A stretch of DNA of 64,000 nucleotides from positions 333,826 to 397,825 of the forward strand of contig OZ242169.1 of assembly GCA_965205405.1 (NCBI GenBank), read 5' to 3'. The stretch comes from Gammaproteobacteria bacterium (GTDB lineage Bacteria > Pseudomonadota > Gammaproteobacteria > Eutrophobiales > Eutrophobiaceae). Below, piece after piece: positions 56,122-64,000 of this stretch. The notes under the pieces were generated by a model. That model had not been told where the DNA came from. It saw only the letters and a list, made by a program, of their open reading frames with translations, and did no database searches. The translations under genes and the position numbers were made by a program. How positions within the stretch are numbered: position 1 is the first letter of the stretch; every line of letters begins with the position of its first letter.

Positions 56122-57014
56122 TATATATCTTTCATTGAGCTGATTGCTTCTTTATAGGCTTCACATTCCTCCAGCAGGCGTTTTTGCAGATGTTCATCTG
56201 CCAGGGACTGGAACACTCGGGATCGGGCATGCAGATTTTTATCCTGGCGTTCGATCTCCCCGAGCAACGTATTTGACGAGTCCTCGCCGGTTTCCCCCAC
56301 TCCAAAAAAAATCCCGCCGATGTCAGCGGCGAAATGGATATCCCGGATCGAATCCCCAACGACGACAGGGGGGAATGTTTTGCCAATCTCTGAAGTCAAG
56401 CGGCGTTGGGCGCGAATCTCGCGGCGCCACATACTCCCGACAAAACGGGCCTTCGAACCGTCCGAGGAAGTACCGGGTTCGCCGACGGCAAAGGCATTGT
56501 GCGGACCGAACAAGCCTTTTTGGCTGAGCTTCAGTTCTTCCAGGGAGCGCAGGAATTCAAACTGGGTCTGATAACGATAAGAAACCAATATCATCGATGC
56601 TTCCGTACCCAGAGTTTGCAGAAATTCCAAATGCTCATCCGGTACCTTGTCATACTTGAGGTCTTCACGCAGGTATTGGGTCAGGCGGCGATTGAACAGG
56701 CCGTTGAAATAGAAACTGAGACAATCCTTAACTTCATCCGTAACCGCACTGTCCTGCAGGACACGGTTGATCAATCCCTGAGGACCGCCATGATTACGAT
56801 ACCACTCGCTGCAAAGGTTGCTATCCATATCAGGCAATTCAGCAAGATCAAAATTAGTTTGTGCGAAACGCTTTACTGTGGAATAAGTAGACAGTGAAAT
56901 AGCAATTCGCCTGCCCGATGCGACAGTTGAGGGAATGATCGTACCGTCCAGGTCAAGGAATATCAGCCGCTTCGGTAACAGGTATTTCCGGTATTCACTA
57001 TTGGCTAGTGGCAT
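56100..57014 (-). CDS. HAD-superfamily hydrolase
   Basis: Motif I (FLDLDGTI) and C-terminal GDSxxD-like motifs. Confidence 0.55.
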
Positions 57015-57017
57015 TGA

Positions 57018-58793
57018 TTAATGTGAATGACGCGGGATTTTTTCGGCGATGTTGTTATAAGCCACCATATCATCAAATACTGCGCCACTGCTGAGCGAAG
57101 ATACGTGTTCTCTATATACCTGCTGCCACCAGGTTTGACTCTCAGGAATTTTCAACTGAAGCTTTTGACGCCGCTTTGCAATCTCACTATCTTTAATCAA
57201 CACGTCAACCCGACGCGTATTTAAATCAACTCGAATTTTATCGCCGTCTTTCAGTATCGATAAATTCCCCCCTGCTGCGGCTTCCGGCGAGGCGTTTAAT
57301 ATTGACGGCGCTGCGGAAGTACCGCTTTGCCTGCCATCGCCGATCGTAGGCAGGGCCGTCACTCCCTGTTTGATAATGCGGGCGGGCGGCTGCATGTTGA
57401 CTACTTCTGCTGAACCGGGGTAGGCCACGGGGCCTGCGCCGCGCATCACCAGGATGCTGTGTTCATCTATCTCTAATGAAGGGTCATCAATCCTGTCATG
57501 GTAATCTTCCGGCCCGTCGAAAACGACAGCAACGCCCTCAAAAACGCCGGGAGTATCCGGGTCCGAGAGAAACCGCTCATGGAATGTGGGGCTGATGGCA
57601 GACACTTTCATCACTGCCGAATCGAACAGGTTGCCTGATAAAACCAGTAAGCCGGCCTTACTCATCACAGGCGTGGTAACGTCCTTGATGACTCTGTCAT
57701 CAATGATTTCTCTCCCCCTGCAATTATCGAGAATGGTTTTTCCCGAGACCGTCAACGCACCCTCGTGTAACAACCCCGACTTTTGTAAGCTACCTATCAC
57801 GGCCGGCAACCCGCCTGCCCGGTGGAATTCTTCAGCGAGATATTCCCCCACCGGCCGGCAGTTGACGATCTGGGGAATATGTTGACCGACAACCTGCCAG
57901 TCATTCATGGTCAAGGACACGCTTGCATGGCGCGCGATGGCATTGATATGAATCGGCGCATTGGTCGAACCGCCGATTGCAGCACAAACAACGATGGCAT
58001 TTTCAAACGCCTCCCGCACCAGGATGCGGGAAGGGGTAAGGTCCTCCCGAACCATATCTACGATACGCATTCCCGAATGATAAGCTGTTTGCTGCCTCTC
58101 GCGATATGGCGCCGGGATTGAAGCGGAGCCCGGCATGGACATACCGAGCGCCTCGATCAGGCAATTCATCGTGAGCGCCGTACCCATCGTATTGCAGTGG
58201 CCCACCGACGGAGCTGAGCTGATGGCAATTTCCATGAACGTCTCCTGGTCAATTTCCTCATTGACCAATTTTTTCCTTGCATCCCATATTACTTCACCTG
58301 ATCCCACACAGGTACCCAGGTACGAACCGTTTAACATAGGCCCGACCGACAATGCAATGGCCGGCAGGTTGACACTCGCCGCGCCCATGATTAGAGCAGC
58401 AGTCGTCTTATCACATCCCGTCGTCAGGACGACACCATCAATGGGATAACCGTGCAATACTTCAATCAAACTCAGACATTGCAAGTTGCGGTCCAGGGCT
58501 GCTGTGGGACGGCGTCCTGTTTCCTGAATGGGATGAACGGGAAATTCAAGGGGCACTCCCCCCGCGTCACGTATTCCTTCCCTGACACGCGTTGCCAGCT
58601 CGAGATGATAACGGTTACACGGGGCCAAATCCGAACCGGTTTGAGCAATGCCTATAATCGGACGATCCGATTGGAGTTCCTCACGGGTTAACCCGAAATT
58701 CAGGTAACGTTCAAGGTACAACGCGGTCATGCCCGGTGCATCCGGATCATTAAACCACTGTCGGCTACGTAAAGTATTCTTGACTTTTTTCAT
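57018..58793 (-). CDS. IlvD/EDD-family sugar-acid dehydratase (arabinonate/xylonate/galactonate dehydratase-like)
   Basis: A 591-aa ORF with [Fe-S] cysteines and the IlvD/EDD signature regions. It lies in a sugar-acid operon rather than an ilv cluster. Confidence 0.8.
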   Translation of the reverse strand: MKKVKNTLRSRQWFNDPDAPGMTALYLERYLNFGLTREELQSDRPIIGIAQTGSDLAPCNRYHLELATRVREGIRDAGGVPLEFPVHPIQETGRRPTAALDRNLQCLSLIEVLHGYPIDGVVLTTGCDKTTAALIMGAASVNLPAIALSVGPMLNGSYLGTCVGSGEVIWDARKKLVNEEIDQETFMEIAISSAPSVGHCNTMGTALTMNCLIEALGMSMPGSASIPAPYRERQQTAYHSGMRIVDMVREDLTPSRILVREAFENAIVVCAAIGGSTNAPIHINAIARHASVSLTMNDWQVVGQHIPQIVNCRPVGEYLAEEFHRAGGLPAVIGSLQKSGLLHEGALTVSGKTILDNCRGREIIDDRVIKDVTTPVMSKAGLLVLSGNLFDSAVMKVSAISPTFHERFLSDPDTPGVFEGVAVVFDGPEDYHDRIDDPSLEIDEHSILVMRGAGPVAYPGSAEVVNMQPPARIIKQGVTALPTIGDGRQSGTSAAPSILNASPEAAAGGNLSILKDGDKIRVDLNTRRVDVLIKDSEIAKRRQKLQLKIPESQTWWQQVYREHVSSLSSGAVFDDMVAYNNIAEKIPRHSH

Positions 58794-58796
58794 GTG

Positions 58797-59444
58797 CTAT
58801 TGCTTCTTTATTTTCAGACAATTCCGCGCCTGGTTAAAGGCCGCCACTATTGACTTTGTGTCTGTTTCGATTGCCTCGATGGATTTCCCGGGTTGGTAGA
58901 ACGATGAACCAATACCAAATCCGTCGACGCCTGATTGCAGGTATTCCGCCATGTTATTTGAGTCAATTCCGCCTGTTGCGTACATTTCGATCGGGGATGG
59001 GAACACGGCTCGTACTGCCTTCACTGCAGCGGGGGGTATCATCTCTGCCGGGAACAGTTTGATTGCGTCAGCGCCGGCTTTAATCGCTATATGGATTTCT
59101 GTTGGTGAGAAACAACCGGGGATCACAATCATATTCTCGGCTTTTGCTGCATATATCACTTCAACATCCGTGTGGGGTGAAACGATCAGGCGACCCCCTG
59201 CCCGTTTGACCTGATATACCTGATCGATAGTGGTCACAGTACCCGCCCCTATCAATTTGTCTGTACCGAACTGACGCGAAAGCTTCCGGATTGACTGATA
59301 TGGCTCGGCTGAATTGAGCGTTACCTCCATGACCACTATTCCCCCCCGAGTCAGTACTTCACTCACAGGAATAGCTTCATCAGGCGTTATCCCGCGTAAT
59401 ACCGCTACGACGGGTAGTCCTTTTATTCGATCACCGAACATGCA
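58797..59444 (-). CDS. dgoA: 2-dehydro-3-deoxy-6-phosphogalactonate / KDPG aldolase (Eda/DgoA family)
   Basis: The start is trimmed to MFGDRIKG. VLRGITPDEA…GAGTV… matches the Eda-family aldolase. Confidence 0.75.
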   Translation of the reverse strand, partial: CMFGDRIKGLPVVAVLRGITPDEAIPVSEVLTRGGIVVMEVTLNSAEPYQSIRKLSRQFGTDKLIGAGTVTTIDQVYQVKRAGGRLIVSPHTDVEVIYAAKAENMIVIPGCFSPTEIHIAIKAGADAIKLFPAEMIPPAAVKAVRAVFPSPIEMYATGGIDSNNMAEYLQSGVDGFGIGSSFYQPGKSIEAIETDTKSIVAAFNQARNCLKIKKQ

Positions 59445-60378
59445 AGGTCTCCATTTTTGCCATGACTTTTTCCGAGGTTGACGCCAGTTTCCATAATCCA
59501 TTGACAACGGCCTTTTCAGATGTGCTCGAGTTGACAGCTATATCTAATGCAGAAAAAGCCAAACCATAGTCATGGATAAGCGCATCAGTGCCGATAACTA
59601 CAATGTCCGTGACTTCAGGGTAGAGTTCCAGCGCGGATTTGATCTCCGCGCCAATCAGCAAGCCGGATAAATAACTGGTATTCAGTTTCAAACCGTTTTG
59701 TCTTGATAGCGCGCGCGCGCGGATTGAAAAGAGATGGTGAAGCAACCCCCCATCGCTCTGACTGACACAAATTCCCTCCAGGAATGCGTTTTTGTCAGAA
59801 TCGCATTCATCCAATAAGGATGAGATGGAGCCGCAATGGCGAACCGTAGCAAACACCTCTCCTGTCATAAACGTGGAGAACCGGATAATTTGATTATTTT
59901 CTACTCGAATCCATTTGCTATGCGTTCCCGGCACACAGGCCAGTAGATTCTTGTCCACTGACTGCTCGAGGATGCCAAAAATCTGTGTCTCTTCTCCTCG
60001 AATAACCTCCGGCAGTGTGGATGAAGAGAAAACAGATATGCCGGGCACGATATAAACAGGATGGGAACCGATATCAGTCACTTGCATGATATTATCGCCA
60101 AGGCTACTGATACTCACGGGGCAGGGCAAGTACTCGGTCTCGAACCAGCCGTCGCGACTGCCGATCATACCTGCCATCAGGATCGGTATCTTAGGCTCCT
60201 GCTGTAACCATTGACTACAGGTATTGTAGAGGGTCTCTCCATACCCCCCCTGGTTATGGCAAAAGATACCCTGATTATTTTCCGCCCGATCAAGCAAATT
60301 CCCATTCTCATCCAGCAGGTACGCCCGGAACCTGCTGGAGCCCCAATCAACCGCTACAAGGTCAGGCCGTGCGGACAT
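59431..60378 (-). CDS. dgoK: 2-dehydro-3-deoxygalactonokinase
   Basis: A 315-aa ORF with the DgoK N-terminal motif VAVDWGSSRFRAYL. Confidence 0.8.
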   Translation of the reverse strand: MSARPDLVAVDWGSSRFRAYLLDENGNLLDRAENNQGIFCHNQGGYGETLYNTCSQWLQQEPKIPILMAGMIGSRDGWFETEYLPCPVSISSLGDNIMQVTDIGSHPVYIVPGISVFSSSTLPEVIRGEETQIFGILEQSVDKNLLACVPGTHSKWIRVENNQIIRFSTFMTGEVFATVRHCGSISSLLDECDSDKNAFLEGICVSQSDGGLLHHLFSIRARALSRQNGLKLNTSYLSGLLIGAEIKSALELYPEVTDIVVIGTDALIHDYGLAFSALDIAVNSSTSEKAVVNGLWKLASTSEKVMAKMETLHVR

Positions 60379-61229
60379 TAAACCCGCCCGCCATCAACGA
60401 TGATGGATTGTCCGGTAATCCTGGCGGAAGCATTAGAGGCCAGAAATAAAGCTGCATGGGCAATATTTTCTTCGGTCACCATGGTTTTCAGACACTGTTG
60501 TTGAAGACATTCAGCCAATGCTTCTTCCGTAACCCATAATTCTTTTTGTCTTGCGGTGAGTACCCAACCGGATATCAAGGCATTGACGCGAATATTACTT
60601 GTACCTAATTCACGCGCTAATGACTTAGTCATACCGACAATAGCAGCTTTTGAGGCCACATAAGCAGGATAGCCGGCAAGTCCCAGGTTTGCAGAATTTG
60701 ACCCCAGGTTGATGATGCTGCCGTAACCCAATTCTGTCATATCCTGCTGAACTGACTGGGTGGTAAAAAAATACGGCCGCAGGTTTGTATTCAGTGAATT
60801 ATCCCATTCCTCTACTGTCATTGATTCCAGTTTATGGCGCGTATCCCTGGCGGCATTGTTGATCAATACACTGATGGGACCCAGTGCAGTTCTGACTTCC
60901 GCCATGGCTGCGCGAAGTGCGTCAATGTCCCGGATATCACAGCGGATGTAAAACGGTCGATAGTGTGAGAGTTGTTCCACGTCATCACACAGCCGTTCAG
61001 CCGTTTCTTGTCGTAAAGAGACAAATCCCACCTTTGCGCCTTGTAATGTAAAAGCGCGGGTGAATGCAGCACCGATGCCCGAACCACCACCTGTGATAAA
61101 CACGGTCTGACCTTTAAGATCAGGAAATTGCGGCGCCAGATCATCAGATGAGATAATTGAATTGTTGTTTTCCATTCTCGGCATCCTGTAAACATGAATT
61201 AAAATAGGTTTATTTGTCATATATATCAT
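60378..61229 (-). CDS. SDR-family sugar dehydrogenase (probable aldose 1-dehydrogenase)
   Basis: TGGGSGIG plus YxxxK motifs. The likely true start is the internal MENNN… at about 61178. Confidence 0.75.
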   Translation of the reverse strand: MIYMTNKPILIHVYRMPRMENNNSIISSDDLAPQFPDLKGQTVFITGGGSGIGAAFTRAFTLQGAKVGFVSLRQETAERLCDDVEQLSHYRPFYIRCDIRDIDALRAAMAEVRTALGPISVLINNAARDTRHKLESMTVEEWDNSLNTNLRPYFFTTQSVQQDMTELGYGSIINLGSNSANLGLAGYPAYVASKAAIVGMTKSLARELGTSNIRVNALISGWVLTARQKELWVTEEALAECLQQQCLKTMVTEENIAHAALFLASNASARITGQSIIVDGGRV

Positions 61230-61275
61230 ATATAATTTAACCGGACAATGGCTCTTTTCTTACATCGCACTGAAG

Positions 61276-61360
61276 ATATTTGGGGTCAGAGTAAAAATAC
61301 TTAGTAGTACAGCAACACAATCTACCGGATTGGCCGTATTTTTACTCTGACCCCAAATAT
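61276..61360. mobile_element. MITE-like element, copy 14 (subfamily B, in inverted orientation relative to copies 10 and 11)
   Basis: Its loop is the reverse complement of the copy-10 and copy-11 loop. It lies in the divergent promoter region between the SDR gene and the symporter. Confidence 0.85.
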
Positions 61361-61420
61361 CTGGCAGGAGTTAGCGGGAACTGCTTTTCATACGCCACAC
61401 TCGAGCAGGGGGATAAATCA

Positions 61421-62989
61421 ATGCAGTTAGCTTTTATAGATATCCTTATCATCGCGGGATACGCTGTCGGTATTGTCAGCCTTGCCACCTGGGTCTCACG
61501 AGATGCCAAGGGACATCAAAAAAATACTGAAGACTACTTCCTCGCCGGCAAAGCATTACCTTGGTGGGCCATCGGCGCCTCCCTGATTGCCGCCAATATT
61601 TCTGCGGAACAGATCATTGGCATGTCAGGTTCAGGTTACGTAATCGGACTGGCCATCGCCTCCTATGAATGGATGTCGGCAATTACCATTATCATCGTCG
61701 GTAAATATTTTTTACCGATCTTTCTCAAACACAATATTTACACGATGCCGCAGTTCCTGGAACAGCGCTATGATCGGCGTGTGCGCATGCTGCTTGCGGT
61801 ATTCTGGCTGGGCGTATACATCTTTGTCAATTTAACTTCCATTCTCTGGCTCGGTACCTTGGCTATCAATTCAATCACCGGCTTGGATTATGTTTATGGA
61901 TTACTGTTGCTGGGTTCGATGGCCTTGGCTTACTCACTTTATGGTGGTCTCAAAGCCATTGCCCTCACTGATATCATCCAGGTCATCCTCCTGATTTTCG
62001 GCGGCCTGTTGATTTCCTTCCTATCCCTACGGATGATTGGTCAGGGCGAAGGTGTGATCGCCGGCTTTGCCGAACTCATCTCCAGGGCGCCGGAAAAGTT
62101 TGACCTCATATTGACGCCGGATAACCCCCATTACATCAGTTTGCCCGGTATCTCCGTCCTGGTTGGCGGCATGTGGATCATGAACCTGTCTTACTGGGGG
62201 TTTAACCAATACATTATTCAGCGAGCCCTCGCCGCACGCAGTTTAAAGGAAGCGCAAAAAGGCATCGCTTTTGCCGCCTACCTGAAGTTGCTGATGCCAA
62301 TCATTGTCATCTTGCCCGGTATTGCCGCGGTTATCCTGGCGCCCGACTTGTCCGCGCCGGATCAAGCCTACCCGGAAATGATGAAACTGGTGCCGGCCGG
62401 ACTGCGCGGGTTAGTATTTGCTGCTCTGATCGCCGCCATCCTGTCTTCCATCGGTTCTATGGTAAATAGCATCTCCACGATCTCAACCATGGACATTTAT
62501 CGCCACTACCGCCCTGATGCCAGCGAAAAACACCTGGTCATGACAGGCAGAGGTATTGGCTTCATCGCCCTGGTTCTGGGTATGACCTGCGCCAAGCCTT
62601 TATTGGGGAGTTTTGACCAGGCATTCCAGTACATACAGGAATTTACCGGATTTTTCACTCCGGGTATCGTGGTTATATTTCTCCTGGGCATGTTCTGGAA
62701 AGGTATGACCTCACAAGCCGCACTGGCCGCCACCACCGGTTCAGCCATTCTCTCCTTTTCGTTCAAACTGCTTTGGCCGACTTTACCCTTTATTGACCGG
62801 GTTGGCCTGGTATTTCTTTTATGCGTCGCCGTTGCAGTGGGTACGTCTCTTTTTTATAAGTCCAATCGCCGGGGACAGGGTGGCGCTATTGATCATCGTA
62901 ATATCGACTATGGCACTACAACCGGCTTTAACATGGCAGCCATTGGCGTCATTCTGATACTTATCGCACTTTATGCCACCTGGTGGTAG
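61421..62989 (+). CDS. Sodium:solute symporter (SSS family)
   Basis: A 522-aa ORF with about 13 TMS and SSS motifs. Confidence 0.85.
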   Translation: MQLAFIDILIIAGYAVGIVSLATWVSRDAKGHQKNTEDYFLAGKALPWWAIGASLIAANISAEQIIGMSGSGYVIGLAIASYEWMSAITIIIVGKYFLPIFLKHNIYTMPQFLEQRYDRRVRMLLAVFWLGVYIFVNLTSILWLGTLAINSITGLDYVYGLLLLGSMALAYSLYGGLKAIALTDIIQVILLIFGGLLISFLSLRMIGQGEGVIAGFAELISRAPEKFDLILTPDNPHYISLPGISVLVGGMWIMNLSYWGFNQYIIQRALAARSLKEAQKGIAFAAYLKLLMPIIVILPGIAAVILAPDLSAPDQAYPEMMKLVPAGLRGLVFAALIAAILSSIGSMVNSISTISTMDIYRHYRPDASEKHLVMTGRGIGFIALVLGMTCAKPLLGSFDQAFQYIQEFTGFFTPGIVVIFLLGMFWKGMTSQAALAATTGSAILSFSFKLLWPTLPFIDRVGLVFLLCVAVAVGTSLFYKSNRRGQGGAIDHRNIDYGTTTGFNMAAIGVILILIALYATWW

Positions 62990-63881
62990 GCCGACTAACG
63001 TGAAGCCACAGCTGCTTGACATCATCAGGGTCGGTAATATGCTTGGCGAAGGGGTGCAATGGGATGAAGCAACCGAGTCTCTCTGGTGGACGGATATCCA
63101 GGCTCGTCTGCTTTATCGGTACCATTTGCCCAGTGGTCAATTGTCGAAATTCGTAACGCCGGAACGATTATGTTCATTCGGCTTTGTCGAAAACAAGGCA
63201 GATTTTATTGTCGCGTTTGCCTGCGGGCTTGCCCTTTTTAATCCTGTGTCACAGGATATAACCTGGCTGGAATGTCCAGATGGATTGAGCCACGGCATGC
63301 GTTTCAACGACGGAAAAGTGGACCGCCAGGGACGTTTTTGGGTGGGTACCATGGTGGAAAAAGGCGATCCCTTAACGCGTCGGGAAGGTAGTTTGTACAG
63401 TCTCGACAGCACACTTGTACCACATAAACACGAAAGCGGCATCGGTATTTCCAACGGTCTTTGCTGGTGTCCGGAAGCAAGGTACCTGTATTTTGCCGAT
63501 TCAGCCCGGAGAATAATTTACAGCTATGAATTTGACCGTGGTTCAGGGACAATAGATAATCGTAAAGTCTTTGTAGAAACAGGAAGTGGCGCCTTTCCTG
63601 ATGGGGCTGAAATTGACAGCAATGGCTGCCTGTGGAGTGCTCATTGGGGAGCGGGACAGGTCGTCAGGTACACGCCGGAGGGAAAAACGGATTCGGTGCT
63701 TACTTTACCGGTGAGTCAGCCTACTTGTGTAACGTTTGGCGGTCCGGGACACGAATTATTGTTCGTCACTTCAGCGAGAGAAGGGCTTGACGATGACAAA
63801 CTGCACGAAGAGACTCATGCAGGGGACGTGTTTGTTTTTCGGGTTGGTGTTTCCGGGTTTCCGGCATGTCGTTTTGTTTAA
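62973..63881 (+). CDS. SMP-30/gluconolactonase/LRE-like lactonase
   Basis: Six-bladed β-propeller signature. The likely true start is MLGEGVQWDE at about 63039. Confidence 0.8.
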   Translation: MPPGGRPTNVKPQLLDIIRVGNMLGEGVQWDEATESLWWTDIQARLLYRYHLPSGQLSKFVTPERLCSFGFVENKADFIVAFACGLALFNPVSQDITWLECPDGLSHGMRFNDGKVDRQGRFWVGTMVEKGDPLTRREGSLYSLDSTLVPHKHESGIGISNGLCWCPEARYLYFADSARRIIYSYEFDRGSGTIDNRKVFVETGSGAFPDGAEIDSNGCLWSAHWGAGQVVRYTPEGKTDSVLTLPVSQPTCVTFGGPGHELLFVTSAREGLDDDKLHEETHAGDVFVFRVGVSGFPACRFV

Positions 63882-63912
63882 GTGGTGAAATAAACTGTGG
63901 TGGGGGAAATAC

Positions 63913-64000
63913 ATGCTTAACAAACCAGGCCAAAATTTAACGTACAGCATTGTACAGGAATTAGGTGCATCGATTGTTTCAGGCGTTTATTCCTCGGATG
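63913..64000 (+). CDS. GntR-family regulator (DgoR-like), N-terminus only; the gene runs off the window
   Basis: MLNKPGQNLTYSIVQELGASIVSGVY… is typical of a GntR/FadR-family N-terminus. It sits next to the dgo-type operon. Confidence 0.45.
   Translation, partial: MLNKPGQNLTYSIVQELGASIVSGVYSSD

Overview
This is a 64 kb chromosomal window from a Gram-negative proteobacterium. The ubiB–ubiJ–ubiE, hslVU and ilvIHC–pssA syntenies suggest a gamma- or beta-proteobacterium of roughly 50–55% GC. I found about 55 protein-coding genes and no rRNA, tRNA, CRISPR array, integrase or prophage genes.

Recognisable genes:
- Housekeeping: ubiB (partial), ubiJ, ubiE, hslVU, ilvIHC, pssA, cspA, an RND efflux pair and an Amt ammonium transporter.
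- Catabolic modules: an HpaB/HpaC-type two-component flavin monooxygenase, two amidases, an alanine dehydrogenase under Lrp control, and a De Ley–Doudoroff-type sugar-acid operon (SDR, SMP-30 lactonase, IlvD/EDD dehydratase, DgoK, DgoA, a sodium:solute symporter and a GntR regulator).
- A lower-GC block: a MalT/LuxR-type STAND regulator, an amidase, a TonB-dependent receptor, an M24 creatinase-like hydrolase, an LLM oxidoreductase and two tandem DUF1989 genes.
- Methylation and restriction: a Type II R-M pair (β-class methyltransferase plus PD-(D/E)xK nuclease) beside DUF2283 and TfoX_N, and a separate orphan CcrM/HinfI-like adenine methyltransferase next to two divergent ATP-grasp ligases.

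The main finding is in the non-coding sequence. A previously unrecognised family of small hairpin elements resembling MITEs (miniature inverted-repeat transposable elements) is present. Copies are 53–118 bp with 22–25 bp terminal inverted repeats ATATTTGGGGTCAGAGTAAAAATAC / GTATTTTTACTCTGACCCCAAATAT. It occurs at 14 or more loci, about one per 4.5 kb, always between genes. There are at least two loop subfamilies plus solo terminal repeats. In two genes the terminal repeat supplies the last codons and the stop (...LGSE*), and it lies within a few bp of two start codons.

Other notable features:
- A second REP-like hairpin family, present in two copies that differ by compensatory stem changes.
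- A perfect 27-bp inverted repeat bracketing 177 bp between convergent genes.
- A decayed glycosidase/secretin locus: a LacZ-like GH2 gene and a GusA-like GH2 gene are joined in one frame across a single TAA and both lack their N-terminal domains. They abut a type II secretion secretin (GspD) gene that has lost its 5' end and has no other type II secretion genes nearby.
- A probable frameshifted lipoprotein/TPR/TonB-C gene.
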